NCBI GenBank assembly: GCA_033763455.1
Contig: JANRKO010000092.1
Coordinates: 64,001-128,000, forward strand
Length of the DNA stretch: 64,000 bases
Direction of reading: 5' to 3'
DNA from: Polyangiaceae bacterium
GTDB taxonomy: Bacteria; Myxococcota_A; Polyangia; Polyangiales; Polyangiaceae
A model generated the notes under the pieces. It searched no databases, was not told where the DNA came from, and was given only the letters and a program-made list of their open reading frames with translations. Shown here in pieces: positions 46,698 to 56,245 of the stretch (positions are counted from its first letter, which is position 1; each line of letters begins with the position of its first letter). Position numbers and translations under genes: made by a program.

Positions 46698-47113
46698 GCC
46701 TAATTCTGACACATCGGTTTTGTGTCGGCACGCAACGCGGCGATCTGGAGGGTGTTGGCGGTGTGTAAGTGCGTGACGCAAGTGTCAGTGACAATGACGT
46801 CAGTGGCTGTGAGGTGGGCTTCATGCGAGGTGATGCAGTAGCAGGCTAACGTCACATCGTCGCAAATTGCTAGGCGCTTGCTATGGGCAGCCGGGTGAGT
46901 TGGAGCTAGAAGCTCATGGGAGGGGCTTGGTGTGTGAAAGGTATGTGTGCATTCGTGGGCTAACATCGAAGGTCGGCGTGGCTTCCTGATGACGCCCAAT
47001 TCTGCTAAGCGAGCACTTTTAGGCCACTTGTCGCTGCTTCTTGGCCAAATACTGCGAGCATTAGTCGGGGTGGTGGCCAGATAGTGCTCGGGGCAGCTGG
47101 TATGGTTTGCTGC

Positions 47114-48100
47114 ATGCTCAGATGCATCAGCCTGGTTGCTCTTCTTGCGTTTGTTGGATGTGGGCCCAATCAAGGGGACAACCGCTTGTTGTCAGTGGGC
47201 GGCGGAGCGAACTCCAGTGGCTCTGCTAGCGCGGGGGGAGCCTCGAACATGGGGGGACGGCCAGGAGTGGGAGGCGCCGCTCAGTCGAGCGGTGGAGCTA
47301 CTCACGCTGGCGGAGCGCCGAGCGCAGGCGGAACTACCAGCGCCGGCGGGCAGGCGATCACAGGTGGCACAACGAACGGCTCCGGCGGAACGCCCGCAGG
47401 TGGAACCTCTAGCGCCGGTGGCACTCCGAATGGCTCCGCCGCTATCGGGGGCAATTCCAATCCATCTTCCCCTTTTGATCCGTGCCCTCCCGCGCCAACC
47501 CCCTGCGCGATCATGGCGCTCGGTGACTCCATCACGGATGGGTATTCCGCGTCGGATGGTGGAGGCTACCGCGTGCCGTTGTTTCGTTCGGCGTTAGCCG
47601 ACAACAAGCACATCACCTTCGTAGGTTCCGGCAGTGGCGGTCCAGCCACCGTTGAGGGGGTGGCTTTTCCAGATGCGCATGAGGGTCACTCTGGAGCCGC
47701 CATCGACGACCTCGTGCAATATGCGCCCAATGCCTCTGGCGCCCAGATTGTCCTCGTAATGGCTGGAACTAATGGCTGCGAGAGCGGGGAGCTGATCGAT
47801 TGTTATGCCAAGTTGTTGGAGGCACTCTTCGCCGCGGCGCCCAACGCACTGATCGTTGCGGGAACCGTGATCCCCACCAACCCCGACGGCTTCGCGACTT
47901 TCAACGCGCAGATCCCGCAATTGGTGACCAGCCTGGCCGCATCCGGCAAACACGTTGTAATGGCGGATCTTTACACGCCGTTCCTCGCCAAGGCTGATTA
48001 CGGCACCGCATACCTAGTGGATTACGCGCACCCGAATGACGCCGGTTACCGTGTAATGGCCGACGTTTGGTACGGGGCCATCAAGGGCGTTTTGCACTGA
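47114..48100 (+). CDS. SGNH/GDSL hydrolase lipoprotein
   Basis: Lipobox FVG-C, Gly linker, ALGDSITDG, HEGHSG, MAGTN, DYAHPN. Confidence 0.88.
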   Translation: MLRCISLVALLAFVGCGPNQGDNRLLSVGGGANSSGSASAGGASNMGGRPGVGGAAQSSGGATHAGGAPSAGGTTSAGGQAITGGTTNGSGGTPAGGTSSAGGTPNGSAAIGGNSNPSSPFDPCPPAPTPCAIMALGDSITDGYSASDGGGYRVPLFRSALADNKHITFVGSGSGGPATVEGVAFPDAHEGHSGAAIDDLVQYAPNASGAQIVLVMAGTNGCESGELIDCYAKLLEALFAAAPNALIVAGTVIPTNPDGFATFNAQIPQLVTSLAASGKHVVMADLYTPFLAKADYGTAYLVDYAHPNDAGYRVMADVWYGAIKGVLH

Positions 48101-48184
48101 ACGTTGAACGTCAGCGGGCAATTCGGGCCCGCCCACCCCACCTTCCAGTTGCCTTCGAGCGGGGACCTCCGTAAGGAGAGCGCC

Positions 48185-48886
48185 ATGGGCGCGCAGTGGA
48201 AACAAAAGGGCCGTGAGCAAGCAGCTGACTCAAAAGGTCGGCTTTTTACCAAACTCTCGAAGGAAATCATGGTGGCCGCGAAGGCGGGCGGCCCGGATCC
48301 GAATGCGAACTCTCGGTTACGCATTGCTATCGACCTCGCCAAGAAGAACTCGATGCCGAAGGACACCCTGGAGAGAGCGATCAAGAAGGGCGCGGGTCTC
48401 TTGGATGACGGTAGCCACTTTGAAACGGTGTTCTATGAAGGTTTCGCGCCGCATCAGGTTCCTGTCATCGTTGAGTGTTTGACGGACAATAAGAATCGAA
48501 CAGCACCGAACATGCGGCTCCTGTTTCGCAAAGGGCAGCTGGGCGCTACAGGCTCGGTGAGCTGGGATTTTAAGCGAGTGGGTGCGGTGGAGGCGTCTCC
48601 CCCAGCCAAGGGAGAAGATCCCGAAGAGGCCGCCATCGAATGTGGGGCTCAGGAGGTTGCGCCCGCAGATGACGGCCAATTTCAGTTCATTACCGAGCCT
48701 CAAGATCTGGACGCTGTGAGCAAAGGCCTGTCGGCGCGCAGCTGGACAGTTACAGCCGCTAACTTGGTGTGGCTACCCAATAATCCCGTCAGCCTACAAG
48801 GGGTCGAAAGAGACGAGGTGGAGGCTTTTTTGGCGGCACTCGATAACGACGACGACGTGCAGCGGCTTTACGTAGGGCTCAGCTAG
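48185..48886 (+). CDS. Second YebC/PmpR family paralogue (MGAQWK type)
   Basis: MGAQWKQKGR..KGRLFTKL.KEI, YEGFAP, TDNKNRT, DDDVQRLY; GGAG RBS before ATG 48185. Confidence 0.92.
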   Translation: MGAQWKQKGREQAADSKGRLFTKLSKEIMVAAKAGGPDPNANSRLRIAIDLAKKNSMPKDTLERAIKKGAGLLDDGSHFETVFYEGFAPHQVPVIVECLTDNKNRTAPNMRLLFRKGQLGATGSVSWDFKRVGAVEASPPAKGEDPEEAAIECGAQEVAPADDGQFQFITEPQDLDAVSKGLSARSWTVTAANLVWLPNNPVSLQGVERDEVEAFLAALDNDDDVQRLYVGLS

Positions 48887-48960
48887 GCAGGGGTGCATTG
48901 GGCCAGGCCTTGAGCCAGCGCGGGTGCCCGTCGCGTGCGAGCAACGCCAAGAGTGTTCAG

Positions 48961-49036
48961 GTGTCTCCCCCGCCAGAGCGAAAGCGATTGGCCGGGGGGA
49001 GACACGCCGAGGCTCGGCGAGGCGAGAGGGGGCAGC
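48961..49036 (-). repeat. REP-like palindromic element, copy 3 (reverse orientation)
   Basis: Reverse complement reads GCTGCCCCCTCTCG-hairpin-GTGTCTCCCCCC..GGGGGAGACAC. Confidence 0.55.
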
Positions 49037-49132
49037 TCAAGTAGGGAGTGTTTGAGGCGCTAGGGGGTGTGTTCGTTGACAACGATGCGTGTCTGCTTAG
49101 GCTCTTGGGTTGCGCACCACGGAGCCCCGACA

Positions 49133-50017
49133 ATGATCATCACGTGTCCAGGTTGCAACTCCCGCTACGATGTCACGGGGCGAAAGGCTGGCACGCGCGC
49201 TCGTTGCCGCTGCGGCACAGTGCTGGCGATTCCGAAGGTCAGCGAATCGGCCGCAATGCTGAAATGCCCAGCCTGTGGGGCTCCTGCTTCTCCCGACAGC
49301 GTAAGCTGTACTTATTGCCACACGGCGCTCGCCGTGGTGGCCTGCCCGAGCTGTTTTGGTCGGGTATTTGTCGGCTCTAATAACTGCCAACACTGCGGTG
49401 CACAGATGCAGCTGGGAGCGCAAGCGCATCCAGAGGAAGCTTCCCAGCGCGAATGCCCGCGTTGTGCGGCGGGTCCCCCAGGCGCTGCACATTCATTGAA
49501 TGGTGTCAGCTTATCGGCGCACTTGGTGGGTGAGACGTTGCTTGAGGGGTGCTCGGCATGCGGGGGAGTTTGGCTTGAGGCCACCGCTTTCGAAAACCTC
49601 ATCAAGAGTCGCGACGAGCAAGGTGCTGTACTCTCAAGTAAACGGCCGTACCTTGAGCTCAAAGCGTTCGAGCGAAACGGCAATGGGCTGGATGCCCCAC
49701 GTTATGTGCCGTGCCCGGAGTGCCGGCAGCTCATGAATCGCAAGAACTTCGGTGAGATTTCCGGTGTTATTGTCGACGTGTGCAAACCCCATGGGATCTG
49801 GTTTGATCGCGACGAACTTGGACGCATCATTCAGTTCGTGATGAAGGGTGGCCTCGATGAGTCGCGCCGCCGTGAGCTGGAGCGGATGGCGCACAAGCTC
49901 AGTGAGAAGCGGGCAGGGCTTCTGGCTATGAGCTCGCCGATGATGTCAGAGCCCAATCAGTACGATGTAGAATGGTTGGCCGACGTTGTCCGCCTATTTC
50001 GGCGCTATTTTCGCTGA
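49133..50017 (+). CDS. Multi zinc-ribbon protein (double zinc ribbon plus two zf-TFIIB-like domains)
   Basis: CPGC, CRC, CPAC, CTYC, CPSC, CQHC, CPRC, CSAC-GGVWL, CPEC, CKPH-GIWFDRDEL. Confidence 0.85.
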   Translation: MIITCPGCNSRYDVTGRKAGTRARCRCGTVLAIPKVSESAAMLKCPACGAPASPDSVSCTYCHTALAVVACPSCFGRVFVGSNNCQHCGAQMQLGAQAHPEEASQRECPRCAAGPPGAAHSLNGVSLSAHLVGETLLEGCSACGGVWLEATAFENLIKSRDEQGAVLSSKRPYLELKAFERNGNGLDAPRYVPCPECRQLMNRKNFGEISGVIVDVCKPHGIWFDRDELGRIIQFVMKGGLDESRRRELERMAHKLSEKRAGLLAMSSPMMSEPNQYDVEWLADVVRLFRRYFR

Positions 50018-50123
50018 CTTGAGGAGAGGTATGGCCCGCCCTTTTTTAAGGGCACACCGTGACCACTTGGGCAGGTTGAACGCACCCTCCGTGGGGGTGG
50101 TGTAGGGCTTTGATGGCGTGATT

Positions 50124-51539
50124 TTAGGCGAAAAGCTCGGGGATTTTACCCGTGAGCTCGCCGTGCGTGTCGGATTGGAGGCCAACCGCCTGCATGGCGC
50201 TGATGAGCATATTGCAGGGGTGTTTGCCGTTGGCGATGATGTGCTTGCCGGGTTTCAATCCGCCCGCGCGGCCAGCGATCAGAGCAAACATGTTCTGACC
50301 CGAGTGCGGATCCCCGCCGTTTACCGGATCTTCGTTACCACCTTCGAACAACATGACCATGGCGGTGTTGTCGAGCACTGTGCCGTTGCCTTCTGGGGTG
50401 TTCTTGAGCAGCCCCACGAGCTCAGCGAAGTGTTTTACGTGCCAAGCAGTGCAATCTGCGGTTTCTTCATCAGTGCCACCGCCGTGCCCGAGCTCATGCA
50501 GATCCGTCCTGTGGATGCCCATGAGCGCCTGGGTATCAATGAATGATTGGGCAAAGGTGTACGCCATGCTAATCGTGCGTGTTTGGTCACAAGCGAACGC
50601 CATGTGCATGAGGTTCGTCATGATGGGGGCGCGTTCGTTTTCACCGGAATAGCCGACTACGCGCGCCATATCGAACATATCGTACGTGGCAGTGTTGGTG
50701 GCAGGATCTGCGCCTGGGTCCGCCAATTGGGCGCAGGCAACGCCCGAGGCCTGCGCGCTGTTAGCGATCTGCATCTCGAGCGTACGAATTTCTTCAAAAT
50801 GGCGCTGCAAGCGTTGCTTATCCGGCATGCTTAGCCGCCCGATGAGCGTTTCGGCTTGCTGCTTCACCAAATCCAATACGCTGCGATCTCGCAGTAACTT
50901 TTGCTGGGCCACCGGATCGACCATGGTGCCGCCGCCTGGTGGCGTGAAACCTGTGAACAAGGCGTCGTAGGCAATGCGCGGGCTGGACTGCGGTTCGTTC
51001 GGCTGGAGCGTGTTGCCGTTTTGATTGTAGGAGATGATGCCCCAGGTGCCGTTGTGCTCGCGATATACCTGTGGCTGCACGCGGTATTCCAGCGAGCGGA
51101 ACTTCGCGTTGCCTTTTAGTAGATCGGCCACTCGCTGATCGGCCGTGGGACCCTTGGGCCTCGGGCTGCCGTTGTCTGGCGTGGAGACGCCGCTGAGGAG
51201 CGGGCCGATGCTGCTAGCGTGCCAGATGCTTCCGCCGCCCCAGCTACCAGCCCCACTCGGAGGGATGGCGAGGCCGGTCACGACGGTGACGTCGTCTTTG
51301 ACGTTCGCCAACGGCATGAGGGCTCGCTTGAGATCGTAGCCCGCACCGACGGTGGTGGGGGTGAAGGTGCTGGGGCCACCGCAGGTGACGCCCCCGAAGC
51401 CGACCATGAAGCGAAGGGGCGCCGTGGCAGCCTGCGCTGCAGCACCTTTGCCCGCCATGGCTTCAAGCCAAGGCAGAGCCACTACGGCACCGGCGCTGCC
51501 GGTGAGCAAGGTACGACGAGATAATAGGGATGATTTCAC
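50124..51539 (-). CDS. DUF1552 domain protein (Tat-exported)
   Basis: SRRTLL..LPWLEAM, TADQ, SVLD, D..RL..H...IR.LE, AFACDQTR, HELGH, VLDNT, AGG. Confidence 0.9.
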   Translation of the reverse strand: MKSSLLSRRTLLTGSAGAVVALPWLEAMAGKGAAAQAATAPLRFMVGFGGVTCGGPSTFTPTTVGAGYDLKRALMPLANVKDDVTVVTGLAIPPSGAGSWGGGSIWHASSIGPLLSGVSTPDNGSPRPKGPTADQRVADLLKGNAKFRSLEYRVQPQVYREHNGTWGIISYNQNGNTLQPNEPQSSPRIAYDALFTGFTPPGGGTMVDPVAQQKLLRDRSVLDLVKQQAETLIGRLSMPDKQRLQRHFEEIRTLEMQIANSAQASGVACAQLADPGADPATNTATYDMFDMARVVGYSGENERAPIMTNLMHMAFACDQTRTISMAYTFAQSFIDTQALMGIHRTDLHELGHGGGTDEETADCTAWHVKHFAELVGLLKNTPEGNGTVLDNTAMVMLFEGGNEDPVNGGDPHSGQNMFALIAGRAGGLKPGKHIIANGKHPCNMLISAMQAVGLQSDTHGELTGKIPELFA

Positions 51540-53320
51540 GGGACCACCTGTGCTTTGAAGGGCTCAATTCTGCGATATCTGAAGGTTCCACTGCCTAGCC
51601 AATCCAGCAGCGCGTCGCGCAGGGAGAACTGGGTTCCATTGAAGTGTTCGCGCAGCGTCTTGAGCGCCGCGTCGTCGGTGGTGGCCTGGAGCGGTCGCTG
51701 CACCGTAAATTCATACAGACGTTGTGCCAGGCATTGACCGAGCCGGTCGTCAGCGACGAGCAGCTTGCTGAGCTCGCCGGGGCCGTTGAACGTTGTGCCG
51801 GTGGGCAACTGGCCCGCGCCAGTGATGGTACACTCAGGCCGGCCTTCGTCGGTTTCCCGGCGTTTGCCGCTTAGATCGTAGTTCTCAAGACCAAAGCCAA
51901 TTGGGTCCATCTGGCCGTGACACCCGGCACAGGTACCTGTGCTGTGAGCCGCGTACCGATCCTTTTTGCAGTTGGCACCTGCAACCGGGGGCGGTGGCTG
52001 ATCCGTATTGGCGACGCCGGGTGGTGGCGGGGGAACGGGTGAACATAACATGCGTTCAAGGATGTACTTACCTCGGCGAGTTGGGCTCGTATCGTTACCC
52101 TTGGCACCGTTCGAGAGAATGCTTCCTTGCGATAGCAGGCCGGTACGTGTGGCATCCGGGTAGGGCGTCCATGCGTAACCGCTTGCCGGTGCGGCCATGC
52201 CGTAAAGCGTGGCAAGCTCTTGATTGATATACGTATCGGTGGACTGGAAAAGATTAAACCAAGGCGACGGGGTATCGAACACCACTCGCTTCACCAATGC
52301 ATCGGTTTCCGTGCGGAAAGCGAGGCTAAGGCTGGCCGAGTGAGGCAGCTGCTCGTAGCCGAACGACATAGCGTGAAAGCGCTGGATGCGGCTCACACCG
52401 CGCGGATCAGAAAGCAGCCTGAGCGCTTCCGTGCGGAAGCCCGCGGGTGTCCCGAGGGTGCCCTTCGCAACGCTATCGAGTAGGGCTGCGTCCGGGGTTT
52501 CGCCCCACACGAGGTAGGAAAGGCGCGCTCCGAGCTCCCAATCGGTGAGCGAGACGAGATCTGTTTCCCCGGTCACGGGGCTGCCGATCTCTGTTCGGTA
52601 GACGAACTCCATATTTTGAAGCACCGCCTGCACCACCATCTTTGCAGCGATGTAGAAGTCGTTACCCTGCTGAGCAAACGGCAAGAAAGCCACGAATGCC
52701 CCCACCTCCGCGTCAGAGAGTGGCCTGTGCAAAGCCTTTAGGCTAAAGCTTGCCACGAATTGCCGAAAACACGCCTCATCGTTGGCAGCGGCCGGCGTGC
52801 AACCTACAAGAGCCGCTTTTTGCTCCGGTGTCTGCATCGCTTTATCGGATGCAATCTCAGCGACCGCTCGGAGGCCCTGGATGAGCGTGGACGAAGGTGA
52901 TTGGTAATCAGCTGCGTTGTCAAAAGGCGTAAAAGAATCCGGGGGCAGCACGCTCACATCGCCGCTCACGTCGATGTTCAAGAGGCTCTTGATGCTAGCG
53001 ACGTATTCGGTACGCGTTATTCTGGGGATAGCCGTTGGCCCCAGTGTGGAGAGGCCAGCTGGCACCGGGGGAACCGGTGTGGTGTTGGAAGTTGTTGGTA
53101 CGGTGCCGGGAGAGGCCCCTGTTCCAGTTCCTGGCCCGCCAAGGCCAGCGTTGCCCCCCGTACTTCCGGGAGTGCCGGGCGGGGTTGGGGTGGAAGAAGC
53201 CGCGGGCTTGCCTCCGGCACTGCGCCCCGCCTCGCCAGCGCAAGCGCAAACCGCCAAAATAGCCCAAATGGGAGCAGAGCGCGCAGAGCGCACCGTTCTT
53301 AGTAAACCGTTCATAGGCAC
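51536..53320 (-). CDS. DUF1592/1587/1595/1588/1585 domain lipoprotein
   Basis: RITRTEY, FDN, FVYRTE, LGARLSYLVW..PD, GLLSQG, SPTRRG, CAGCH..MDPIGFGLENYD. Confidence 0.9.
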   Translation of the reverse strand: MPMNGLLRTVRSARSAPIWAILAVCACAGEAGRSAGGKPAASSTPTPPGTPGSTGGNAGLGGPGTGTGASPGTVPTTSNTTPVPPVPAGLSTLGPTAIPRITRTEYVASIKSLLNIDVSGDVSVLPPDSFTPFDNAADYQSPSSTLIQGLRAVAEIASDKAMQTPEQKAALVGCTPAAANDEACFRQFVASFSLKALHRPLSDAEVGAFVAFLPFAQQGNDFYIAAKMVVQAVLQNMEFVYRTEIGSPVTGETDLVSLTDWELGARLSYLVWGETPDAALLDSVAKGTLGTPAGFRTEALRLLSDPRGVSRIQRFHAMSFGYEQLPHSASLSLAFRTETDALVKRVVFDTPSPWFNLFQSTDTYINQELATLYGMAAPASGYAWTPYPDATRTGLLSQGSILSNGAKGNDTSPTRRGKYILERMLCSPVPPPPPGVANTDQPPPPVAGANCKKDRYAAHSTGTCAGCHGQMDPIGFGLENYDLSGKRRETDEGRPECTITGAGQLPTGTTFNGPGELSKLLVADDRLGQCLAQRLYEFTVQRPLQATTDDAALKTLREHFNGTQFSLRDALLDWLGSGTFRYRRIEPFKAQVVP

Positions 53321-53461
53321 CGCCGTTCAGCGTTCCAAGCTGACTTATGACCCGTTCCGAGTGTGAATCTCACTCGGCCCAGGGGAATTCCCAACTAACG
53401 ACTACAGTGTAACAGAGGCCGTTAGCACGATAGTCTCGATTTGGGGGGATTTCGGGGCCCT

Positions 53462-54463
53462 TCAGGCTCTGGGATTAGCACTCTTCGCCCAGAGTGTGCG
53501 CCGCTCCACAGTGGGCATCGAGCCACCGGGATCGCCGTGGTGCCCTGTGGTTTTGAGGGCTTTACGGTGCCGAGCGCGAAAAAGACTCGGTTCAAAACCC
53601 GTGTTCTTGCGGAACATGCGGGCAAAGTAGTTTGCGTCGTCGATACCAACGCGCGCGGCGACTTCCCGGATTTGCGCGTCAGTATCACACAACAGAAATT
53701 CCGCTTTTCGCAGCCGAAGCTCCGTGACGTAGCCCATCGGCGAGAGCTCAAAACAATCCTGAAAGCAGCGGCCAAGAGCGCTGCGTGACATGTGCGCGCG
53801 CGCCACCAGCGTTTCAATTGTAATGGTCTCGGCGAAGTGTCGATCCAACCACTCAAGGAGGGCCGACAACCGCACGAGGCTTTGTGGCAGCTTTGAGGCC
53901 ATGTCTTCGTAGCAGCGCGCTGTGCCAACCAATACTTCAACCAAAAGAGCCGTGCTGGCCGCTTGAAAGCCACTTCTCCTATTCAATACCTCTGCTTCTA
54001 GGCGGGCAAGGGTGGCACAGAAGTTCGTTAACGTTGCGTCGTCCACGTGCAAGCGCCCGCGGAACCCCTGGCGCGCACGTGCGTAGGGCTCAACCTCAAA
54101 GAGCGCGCGATATCCAGGCATTTGCCGCAGCATCTGGTCGGGAAGCGGAAGGCGTGCGGGATCAAACATAACGTTGATGAGCCCGAGATCTTCGCACTCG
54201 GCATAGCCGTGAATTGTTTTTACGGGCACCATGAAGATATCCCCTCGCCGAATGGGGAAAGATTGGCGTTCCAACAGGTGCTCCCCGCGCCCCCCCGTAA
54301 CCAGCACGAGTTCGGCGTAATCCCCATGGCGGTGCAGGGAAATTGCTGGGTGATTCTCTACTGGAAACGCCGTTAAAGGAAAACTCCTTAGGCCCACCAT
54401 GTAGCGGTTCGTAAGCTCAGTGTCTTGGTGGGGAACAGGCCCGGATTTTTCTGCCAGTGGCAT
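53462..54463 (-). CDS. AraC family regulator (RhaR/RhaS-like, cupin + HTH)
   Basis: LHRH..ELVLV..G.G.H..GD..HGY; SP..Y..LRLRKA..L..VA..VG.DDANYFARMF. Confidence 0.9.
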   Translation of the reverse strand: MPLAEKSGPVPHQDTELTNRYMVGLRSFPLTAFPVENHPAISLHRHGDYAELVLVTGGRGEHLLERQSFPIRRGDIFMVPVKTIHGYAECEDLGLINVMFDPARLPLPDQMLRQMPGYRALFEVEPYARARQGFRGRLHVDDATLTNFCATLARLEAEVLNRRSGFQAASTALLVEVLVGTARCYEDMASKLPQSLVRLSALLEWLDRHFAETITIETLVARAHMSRSALGRCFQDCFELSPMGYVTELRLRKAEFLLCDTDAQIREVAARVGIDDANYFARMFRKNTGFEPSLFRARHRKALKTTGHHGDPGGSMPTVERRTLWAKSANPRA

Positions 54464-54514
54464 ACGCAGCGGGGGAGTCTAGCAGAACCTAGGCGGTTGC
54501 GCTTTGGCCCGTGC

Positions 54515-54883
54515 TCACGTGTAGGCGTGGATGAGCTTGGCCACCAACTCATTTCGACGGGCAACACCAGCTTTCTTGAGGAGCCCAGTGACATGCGCTT
54601 CGATCGTTTTGGTTGCGCAGCCTAACTCTTCGGCCATTTGGCGATTGCTGAATCCTTGGATGGCGAGCGCTAACACCTCACGCTGGCGGCGGCTTAGGTG
54701 CCACATTTCGGCGGCTTGGGCGACGCAAGCGCTCAGACGGAGCGCGGGCAGCTCAGGCGGGCTGGTGCGGGTGCGTTTCTCACTCTCGGGAGCATCACTG
54801 GGCAGGAGGCGCAGCGCCTCCATGGGGCTTGGAAGAGAGGCTGTTAGATCTGCATGGTCAACAAGGTTTTTGGCGGTGAGCAT
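54515..54883 (-). CDS. Stand-alone LuxR C-terminal HTH regulator
   Basis: LSRRQREVL..GFSNRQMAEELG...TIEAHV..LLKKAG. Confidence 0.85.
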   Translation of the reverse strand: MLTAKNLVDHADLTASLPSPMEALRLLPSDAPESEKRTRTSPPELPALRLSACVAQAAEMWHLSRRQREVLALAIQGFSNRQMAEELGCATKTIEAHVTGLLKKAGVARRNELVAKLIHAYT

Positions 54884-54972
54884 TTGGCGGGTCCTTTTTT
54901 CTAGTGAAGTGGTTCAGACCACCTCCCTTCGGACACCCCTCCGCCGGGTTGCGTAAAATGCGCCTTAGCGAG

Positions 54973-56148
54973 CTAAAATGCGTTCAAGCCGGTCAATTCC
55001 TTGCCTAGAACCAACGTGTGGATCTCGTGCGTTCCTTCGTAGGTGTACACACTCTCAAGGTTCAGCATGTGACGAATGGCTGGGTACTCGAGCAAGATGC
55101 CGTTAGCCCCCATGATCCCTCGGCACGTCCGGGCGATGTCTAAAGCCTTGCCAACATTGTTGCGCTTACACAGCGATACCTGCGCTGGCAAAAGCTTGCC
55201 GTTTTTTTCTTTGAGGCGGCCAAAGTGCAAGGCCAAAAGCTCTCCTTTGACAATTTCGGAGGCGCAATCAGCAATCTGTGCCTGGATAAGTTGCTTCTGC
55301 GCTATGGGTACGTCGAATTGTACGCGTGTCTTGGCGTATTCCACCGCAGAATCTAGACAAGCTTTGGCCGCGCCGATGGCACCCCAGGCGATGCCGAAAC
55401 GCGCTTGATTCAGGCAGTAAAGTGGTGCACCCAAGCCTTGGCGCACTGGCAACCGTTGGCCATCGCTTACGCGGCAATCGGTGAGCACGATCTCGCCTGT
55501 TTCGCTCGCACGGAGGCTCATCTTACCTTTGATTTTGGGTGTCTCGAAGCCAGGTGTGTTGCGTTCGACAATGAAACCTGTGACCGATTCTGAGCCTCCG
55601 TCGTCGGTTTTTGCCCAGACCACCGCAAGGTGTGCCAATGGAGAATTTGTAATCCACATCTTCGTGCCATTGAGCACCCAATCGTTACCATCGCGGCGCG
55701 CCCGCGTTTGCATCGACCCAGGATCGGAGCCGCTATCGGGTTCGGTTAGCCCAAAACACCCAATACACTTGCCCTGGGCCATATCTGGCAAGTAGCGGAG
55801 CTTTTGTGCCTCGGTGCCGAATGAATAAATAGCCTGCATCGCCAGAGAGCCCTGAACGCTCACGAAGCTGCGTAGGCCGCTGTCCCCATATTCCAGTTCT
55901 TGGAGAAGGAGGCCGTATTGCACGGGGCTCATGCCCGCACAGCCGTAGCCTGTGAGTGAAGCTCCCAGGAGGCCAAGCTCGGCCATCTCGGGGATCAAAT
56001 CCACCGGGAAGAGCTCGTTTTCGTAGAGGTCCGCTGCGCGTGGCAAATACCGTTCGGCAACGAAGCGCCGTACGGTGTCGCGCACTAGGCGCTCCTCGTC
56101 TGTGAATTCAGAGTCCAGTGCGCCTAAGGGATCTGTAACCGAAGCCAT
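54973..56148 (-). CDS. Acyl-CoA dehydrogenase, glutaryl-CoA dehydrogenase-like
   Basis: DSGLRSFVSVQGSL, CFGLTEPDSGSDP, KMWITN, KMSLRAS, LNQARFGIAWG, YEGTHEIH. Confidence 0.9.
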   Translation of the reverse strand: MASVTDPLGALDSEFTDEERLVRDTVRRFVAERYLPRAADLYENELFPVDLIPEMAELGLLGASLTGYGCAGMSPVQYGLLLQELEYGDSGLRSFVSVQGSLAMQAIYSFGTEAQKLRYLPDMAQGKCIGCFGLTEPDSGSDPGSMQTRARRDGNDWVLNGTKMWITNSPLAHLAVVWAKTDDGGSESVTGFIVERNTPGFETPKIKGKMSLRASETGEIVLTDCRVSDGQRLPVRQGLGAPLYCLNQARFGIAWGAIGAAKACLDSAVEYAKTRVQFDVPIAQKQLIQAQIADCASEIVKGELLALHFGRLKEKNGKLLPAQVSLCKRNNVGKALDIARTCRGIMGANGILLEYPAIRHMLNLESVYTYEGTHEIHTLVLGKELTGLNAF

Positions 56149-56245
56149 CTTGTTCAAGGTAACACCCTCTACCGCCCGCCCAAGTGCGGCTGAGCTAAGT
56201 GCCTGAAACTGGGCCAAAGTGGCTGAGGCAGGCTAGCCCCTTGGT

